Shown: positions 57,222-64,000 of the stretch, piece after piece
Layout of the letters: the number at the start of each line of letters is the position of its first letter
How positions within the stretch are numbered: the stretch's first letter is position 1
NCBI GenBank assembly: GCA_051003195.1
Contig: JBPCLP010000035.1
Coordinates: 1 to 64,000, forward strand
Direction: 5' to 3'
Source: Candidatus Sumerlaeaceae bacterium
GTDB lineage: Bacteria; Sumerlaeota; Sumerlaeia; Sumerlaeales; Sumerlaeaceae
DNA: 64,000 bases
The notes under the pieces: model-generated
What the model was told of the DNA's origin: nothing
The model's input: the letters and a program-made list of their open reading frames with translations, nothing else
Databases searched by the model: none
Position numbers and translations under genes: made by a program

Positions 57222-58196
57222 ATGCTCAAACTGCTATTCAGGAGAGTGCTGCAGTCCATCCCGCTGCTGCTGGCGATTTCGGCGGTGACGTTTTTTCTGC
57301 TGTTTCATTCGCCGGGCAACTACCTGTCGGCACTGAAACAGAACCCGAAGTACTCCGATGCCACCATCGCACTGATGACGAAACAGATGGGGCTGGATAA
57401 ACCGTGGTACTCGGTCTGGGGCCACTGGGTCTGGCGCGTGGTGACAAAAGCCGATCTCGGCATGACGCTCGCCGAGCAGCGTCCTGTCATATCCGTTCTC
57501 AAGGAGCGGCTGTTCGGCACCTTTATCCTGGCGTTCGCGGCGACGGTGTTCGCGTGGGTCATCGGCATGCCGCTGGGCATGGTGGCGGCAGTGCGCCATG
57601 ATCGCTGGCCGGACCGGATCGCATCGGGGATCGCCTTCTTCGGCCTGAGTATTCCCTCCGTCCTGCTGGCCATGTTGTGTGTGTATTTCGCCTCGGTGAG
57701 CGGATGGTTTCCGACCGGGCAGATGACTGGCGAAGATGCGCACCCGGAACTGCGCTCACGCTGGCATAACTTTGTTACCATTTCGCATCACCTGGTTCTT
57801 CCGGCGTTTACTCTCGGCATGGGAATGCTGGCCGTCTACACGCGCCAGATGCGCTCCAACCTGCTCGAAACTCTGCAGGCGGATTATCTGCGTACCGCCC
57901 TGGCCAAAGGACTCACAACCCGAGCGGCGGTCTTCAAGCATGCGTTGCGCAATGCGCTGAATCCCCTTATTACATTGTTCGGGTTTTCGATCAGCGAACT
58001 TCTGAGCGGCGCCATTCTCGTCGAGTCGGTATTCGCGTGGCCCGGTCTCGGGCGCGTCACCATTGAAGCGTATCACATGAAGGACATGTTCCTCGTCGCG
58101 AGCGCGGTCATCATGGGTGCGGTAATGCTGATCATTGGGAATTTCATCGCAGACATCCTTTTGGCTGCCAACGATCCAAGGATCCGATATGAGTGA
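57222..58196 (+). CDS. Peptide ABC permease (OppB-like)
   Basis: HLVLPA, RTALAKGL..HALRNA, DPRIRY. Confidence 0.92.
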   Translation: MLKLLFRRVLQSIPLLLAISAVTFFLLFHSPGNYLSALKQNPKYSDATIALMTKQMGLDKPWYSVWGHWVWRVVTKADLGMTLAEQRPVISVLKERLFGTFILAFAATVFAWVIGMPLGMVAAVRHDRWPDRIASGIAFFGLSIPSVLLAMLCVYFASVSGWFPTGQMTGEDAHPELRSRWHNFVTISHHLVLPAFTLGMGMLAVYTRQMRSNLLETLQADYLRTALAKGLTTRAAVFKHALRNALNPLITLFGFSISELLSGAILVESVFAWPGLGRVTIEAYHMKDMFLVASAVIMGAVMLIIGNFIADILLAANDPRIRYE

Positions 58197-59403
58197 ACCC
58201 GGCTCCGCGGGGCAGGACATCCCGGGAAGCGGCGTTGTAGCGGCGACGCCAACCGGCGCCCCCGCAACAGTACCGCACAGCACACAAATGCCCGCATCTG
58301 CTCCGCTGCCGTCGCCAGCGCGGCTGGCCTGGCGCAGGCTGCGAAAAAACCGAACCGCAGTATTCGGCGGACTCATCCTGATCGTCCTTTATACCGTTAC
58401 TATTTTCGGCAGTTTCGTCGGTCCACGCGACCCCGCGTTACGTAACAAGCTGACACCCGACCACCCGCCGACCTGGCCCCGTTTCTTCGATGAAAAGGGA
58501 AAATTCCACCCTCGGCCATTCGTCTATGGCATGACCCTGGTGGACGAGATGCGTCACCTCTATAAGTTCGACCTCTCGAAAAAGTATCCCATTCGTTTAC
58601 TCGTTAAAGGTGAGCCCTACAAGCTATGGTGGCTTTTTCCGTCCGACTTGCACCTGTTCGGTGTGGACCAGGGCGGATTCATCGCACCGCTCGGCACTAA
58701 TTCTTCCGGGCAGGATACTTTTTCGCGCCTGCTGGCCGGCGCCAAGATTTCCTTATCCATCGGTCTCGTCGCTATTGCGATCACAACGACCCTGGCCATG
58801 CTTTTCGGTTCGATGGCGGGCTACTTTGGCGGCATTGCAGACGCCGTCATTATGCGTATCGTAGAATTCCTGATGTCGATTCCTGCGCTTTACTTGATCA
58901 TTGCATTGCGAGCTTATTTTCAGACCCAGGGATTGTTTGGTCTTGGCGGCGAAACACCCACATCAGGCGAAATGTACCTGATTATCATCATTATCCTTAG
59001 CCTGATTGGGTGGGCTCAACCAGCGCGCGTGATCCGTGGGATGGTCCTGTCATTGAAAGAGCAGGAATACATTCTGTCAGAAAGGGCGCTTGGTGCGTCG
59101 ACGTTTCGTATCCTGACGCGACACGTGTTGCCAAACACGTTGAGTTATGTGATCATTGCCGCCACCATTCTCGTTCCCTATTACATTCTTGGGGAAATCG
59201 CGCTGAGTTACCTGGGTGTCGGGATTCAGCACCCGCAGGTGAGCTGGGGCATCCTGCTGGAAGAGGCGCAAAGCCCCACTACGATGCGTGAATTCCCGTG
59301 GCTGTTGCTGGCTCCCGCAGGCGCAATTTTCCTCACAGTGATGGCTTTTAATTTCCTGGGCGACGGGCTTCGTGACGCGCTCGATCCTAAACACGTCAAA
59401 TAA
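58189..59403 (+). CDS. Peptide ABC permease (OppC-like)
   Basis: LGT..GQD.FSRL, ARVIRG, HVLPN, FNFLGDGLRDALDP; start placed at the overlapping ATG 58189. Confidence 0.92.
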   Translation: MSEPGSAGQDIPGSGVVAATPTGAPATVPHSTQMPASAPLPSPARLAWRRLRKNRTAVFGGLILIVLYTVTIFGSFVGPRDPALRNKLTPDHPPTWPRFFDEKGKFHPRPFVYGMTLVDEMRHLYKFDLSKKYPIRLLVKGEPYKLWWLFPSDLHLFGVDQGGFIAPLGTNSSGQDTFSRLLAGAKISLSIGLVAIAITTTLAMLFGSMAGYFGGIADAVIMRIVEFLMSIPALYLIIALRAYFQTQGLFGLGGETPTSGEMYLIIIIILSLIGWAQPARVIRGMVLSLKEQEYILSERALGASTFRILTRHVLPNTLSYVIIAATILVPYYILGEIALSYLGVGIQHPQVSWGILLEEAQSPTTMREFPWLLLAPAGAIFLTVMAFNFLGDGLRDALDPKHVK

Positions 59404-59406
59404 GCC

Positions 59407-59688
59407 ATGGTCATTGCCCTTTTCCGCGTCCGCCTGCACATTCCGTTCTCCCACTCGCTCAAAGAGAAACGCAGCGTGTTGAAGCGTACCATCCACCACC
59501 TGCGCACCTCCTACAACTGCGCCGTTTCCGAGATCGACGACCAGGACTTGTGGCAAAGCGCGGTTCTGGCCATCGTGACAGTCTATGCCAACCGTGCCCA
59601 GGTGGATTCCCTTTTCCGCGCCGTTGAACGGGACCTGAGCACCTCTGGAGATTTTGAGCTTGTCGGCCAGCAGATTGAAATTTTGTGA
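59407..59688 (+). CDS. DUF503 family protein
   Basis: SHSLKEKRSV..YNCAVSEIDDQDLWQ. Confidence 0.88.
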   Translation: MVIALFRVRLHIPFSHSLKEKRSVLKRTIHHLRTSYNCAVSEIDDQDLWQSAVLAIVTVYANRAQVDSLFRAVERDLSTSGDFELVGQQIEIL

Positions 59689-59746
59689 TGCTAACCAGCG
59701 TCTTTAACAAACTTGTCTCTTGCTACCTGCATGGCATCGAGGTTAA

Positions 59747-61438
59747 ATGACCAATATTAACATGTCCAATTCGCCTGATGGCGCTCCGGAAGTTCCGGCT
59801 GGGCCGGGGCCCTCTGAGCCGGAATACGTAGACAGCGAGCCGCGCGACCGCGCATGGCGCGAGTGGCTGCTGCTGGGCGTTGGTTGCTTCCTTATGGCCG
59901 CCGCATTGCGCTTTGTGCGAATCGGCTACAGCGAGTTTTTTGGGGCAGAATTCCGTTCGCTGGACCTGCTTTCGGGCCAGCGCCAGCCGAGCCTGCTTGC
60001 GGCGCTGCTGCACGGCGAATTGTCAATTTACTATCCGCTGTTGTCGCTTTGGACCAGGTTTAGCGGTTTAACAAGCGAGGCGCTTCTGCGCCTCCCTTCC
60101 GCCATGCTTGGGCTGCTCGCGTGGCTGGCATTTTTTGCGTTCTCCCGCAGCTATTTGCGCGGCACGGCTTTCCTTATCTGCATCCTCGTATTTGCTCTCA
60201 ATCCAATCCTTGTGGAATCATCCAACGATGTCGCCCCTTACGCGCTGCTTGCCCTGTGCACCGTGCTGGCAAATTACATGGCGGTGCGCGCTCTCGACAA
60301 AGGTGGACGGGCAAACTGGATCGGCTATGCCGCGGCATCCACCGCAGGCGTATTGACTCACCCGCTGTTCTGGTTCGTGCTTCCTGCCCATTTCCTGTTC
60401 GCAGTTCTGCGCCGCCGCCGTACGCCCGAACCATTCCGGGGAATCAGCACCGCCGGCATTGCTATTATCCCGCTGGTGGCCGCGGGGCTGGCAATCTATG
60501 CCAATCGTAGCTTTCCTGAACTCGCAGGCGCGCGTACCCAGGCGCCGTCCGTTTCCGACCTGCTACGTAATCTCGTCTCCGTCGCGATCGGCAACTTCCA
60601 GCGGTTTGGGGCCAACGAATTTGCCCGTGGAATCATGTACGTCTACATTCTGGCCTGCCTGGGGCTCAGCTACGTATATTACCGGAAGCGTTCGGCCGAA
60701 GCCATGGCCATGCCCGAGAACGTCGTCTGGATTGATGAAACGCAGGACGTGGTTGGCCGCTGGCAGCGGCTTAGTCTCCGCGCTTTCCTGCTCTTCCAGT
60801 GGTTTACATTTCTCGTGCCGGCGCTCGGCATTATGCTCATGGGTTCCGTCTTGCCCGGGCTCAGGCTCACGCCCGAGATGTTCATCATCGTATTGCCGCC
60901 ACTTATCGTTCTCATAGCCATGGGCATCGACGCCGCCCCTCGAAATCTTATCGTGTCGCTGGGACTGCTGCTGGTATTAGGCATGGCTAACTACGATGTC
61001 CGCACCTTGTCAGATCGCGGTTATGGAATTAAACAGGCTTTTGAGTTGATCCGCAAAGAGGTAAAATTCGACCCGGCGAAAGACGCGATTCTCTACACTG
61101 CACCCAAGCAGATCCGACGCTCGGTGGAACAGTATCGCAATGAGCTCCCTGCCACCGCTATTGAAGCGGCCGATAAAACGGAAGAATTCGTCGAGCGTCA
61201 GCAGCGCCTGGAGAAGCTGATGCAAAATCGAGATCGGGCAATCGTGATTTATCACGATGACAGCCGGACGATCGGCAAGAGCGAGGGCCGCTCTCCCGTA
61301 CGCGAATGGATGAAGCCGAACAATGGTTTTGAGCTCGCCGACCGCAAGTGGACTGACAAAGATCTCAGCCCTGTCGAGAAAACAGAATTGCGCGTATATA
61401 CGCGCCGGGCCGCCGGGCTACCCGCCACACCCGAATAG
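59747..61438 (+). CDS. GT-C membrane glycosyltransferase (PMT/ArnT-like)
   Basis: YYPLL..SEALLRLPS, multiple TM segments; the usual WxDE motif reads FGAE. Confidence 0.7.
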   Translation: MTNINMSNSPDGAPEVPAGPGPSEPEYVDSEPRDRAWREWLLLGVGCFLMAAALRFVRIGYSEFFGAEFRSLDLLSGQRQPSLLAALLHGELSIYYPLLSLWTRFSGLTSEALLRLPSAMLGLLAWLAFFAFSRSYLRGTAFLICILVFALNPILVESSNDVAPYALLALCTVLANYMAVRALDKGGRANWIGYAAASTAGVLTHPLFWFVLPAHFLFAVLRRRRTPEPFRGISTAGIAIIPLVAAGLAIYANRSFPELAGARTQAPSVSDLLRNLVSVAIGNFQRFGANEFARGIMYVYILACLGLSYVYYRKRSAEAMAMPENVVWIDETQDVVGRWQRLSLRAFLLFQWFTFLVPALGIMLMGSVLPGLRLTPEMFIIVLPPLIVLIAMGIDAAPRNLIVSLGLLLVLGMANYDVRTLSDRGYGIKQAFELIRKEVKFDPAKDAILYTAPKQIRRSVEQYRNELPATAIEAADKTEEFVERQQRLEKLMQNRDRAIVIYHDDSRTIGKSEGRSPVREWMKPNNGFELADRKWTDKDLSPVEKTELRVYTRRAAGLPATPE

Positions 61439-61499
61439 CGCGCAAGCAGTAATACTGCTCCTCGCGTCCGGGGTACTTCCATGTTGGGCTTTGGAGCTG

Positions 61500-61592
61500 G
61501 TGCGGTGTCCCATTAATTCGTTCACGGGTTTTGTGTGCCGTCCAAGCTCGAAAGCTTCCTGAAGTATAGCTATGAACTTCTGGGACGGCACA

Positions 61593-61593
<1 letters not shown>
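61500..61593 (-). repeat. MITE-like repeat, copy 6 (reverse orientation), overlapping the ligA stop by 1 nt
   Basis: Reverse complement of the consensus. Confidence 0.9.
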
Positions 61594-63734
<2,141 letters not shown>

Positions 63735-63784
63735 TTACTATTACTTATTGTTGAACACAGGTTCGAAAGACTCGGACTGAAGAT

Positions 63785-64000
63785 ATGGCATCACGCCGCA
63801 ACCAGATACTTATCGCTTCCGCCATCTGGGTTGGAGTCTGCACCCTGGGCTGGCATGCGTATGCGAACGTGCTTCCAAAATATGGTTTGATCCGACGTAC
63901 CGTCACTCGGCCTGGCGCGCAGGACTGGCAGAATCTCCAGAAAGAACAGGAAGCTTTTTATAAGGAGAGCGTCCCGTGGTGGACACGTATCAGTATCAGC
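63785..64000 (+). CDS. Partial secreted protein running off the window end
   Basis: Open from ATG 63785 to the end: MASRRNQILIASAIWVGVCTLGWHAYA.. signal-peptide-like; divergent from ligA. Confidence 0.55.
   Translation, partial: MASRRNQILIASAIWVGVCTLGWHAYANVLPKYGLIRRTVTRPGAQDWQNLQKEQEAFYKESVPWWTRISIS

Noticed and set aside
59699..59710. boxA-like CGTCTTTAACAA upstream of the GT-C gene
   Set aside because: A single short match with a non-consensus 5' end; it could be chance.

Overview
GC-rich bacterial chromosomal window. It is mostly housekeeping, envelope and signalling genes: ligA, tdk, sucD, hppA, lolCE/lolD, two peptide ABC loci, a Ser/Thr kinase, an FHA-GAF-PP2C phosphatase, two hybrid histidine kinases and two GT-C glycosyltransferases. 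An accessory island of about 13 kb (about 8.2-21.2 kb) starts just after tRNA-Ala(CGC). Its visibly more AT-rich core is a convergent, end-overlapping module: [B12-domain-like radical SAM -> GHKL ATPase] facing [DUF4268 nuclease -> HTH-HerA ATPase -> second GHKL ATPase -> SAM-methyltransferase-like protein -> DUF5131/Gp37-Gp68 three-Cys protein], next to a Fic gene. This is the best candidate for an undescribed DNA-modification or anti-phage system. The island is bracketed by a 30-bp inverted repeat (28/30 identical) and REP-like clusters. It carries a tandem operator-like palindrome but no visible integrase or att duplication. A 94-bp MITE-like repeat occurs six times, plus one divergent copy whose internal stem shows compensatory changes. 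All product calls come from motif recognition by eye; no database searches were run.
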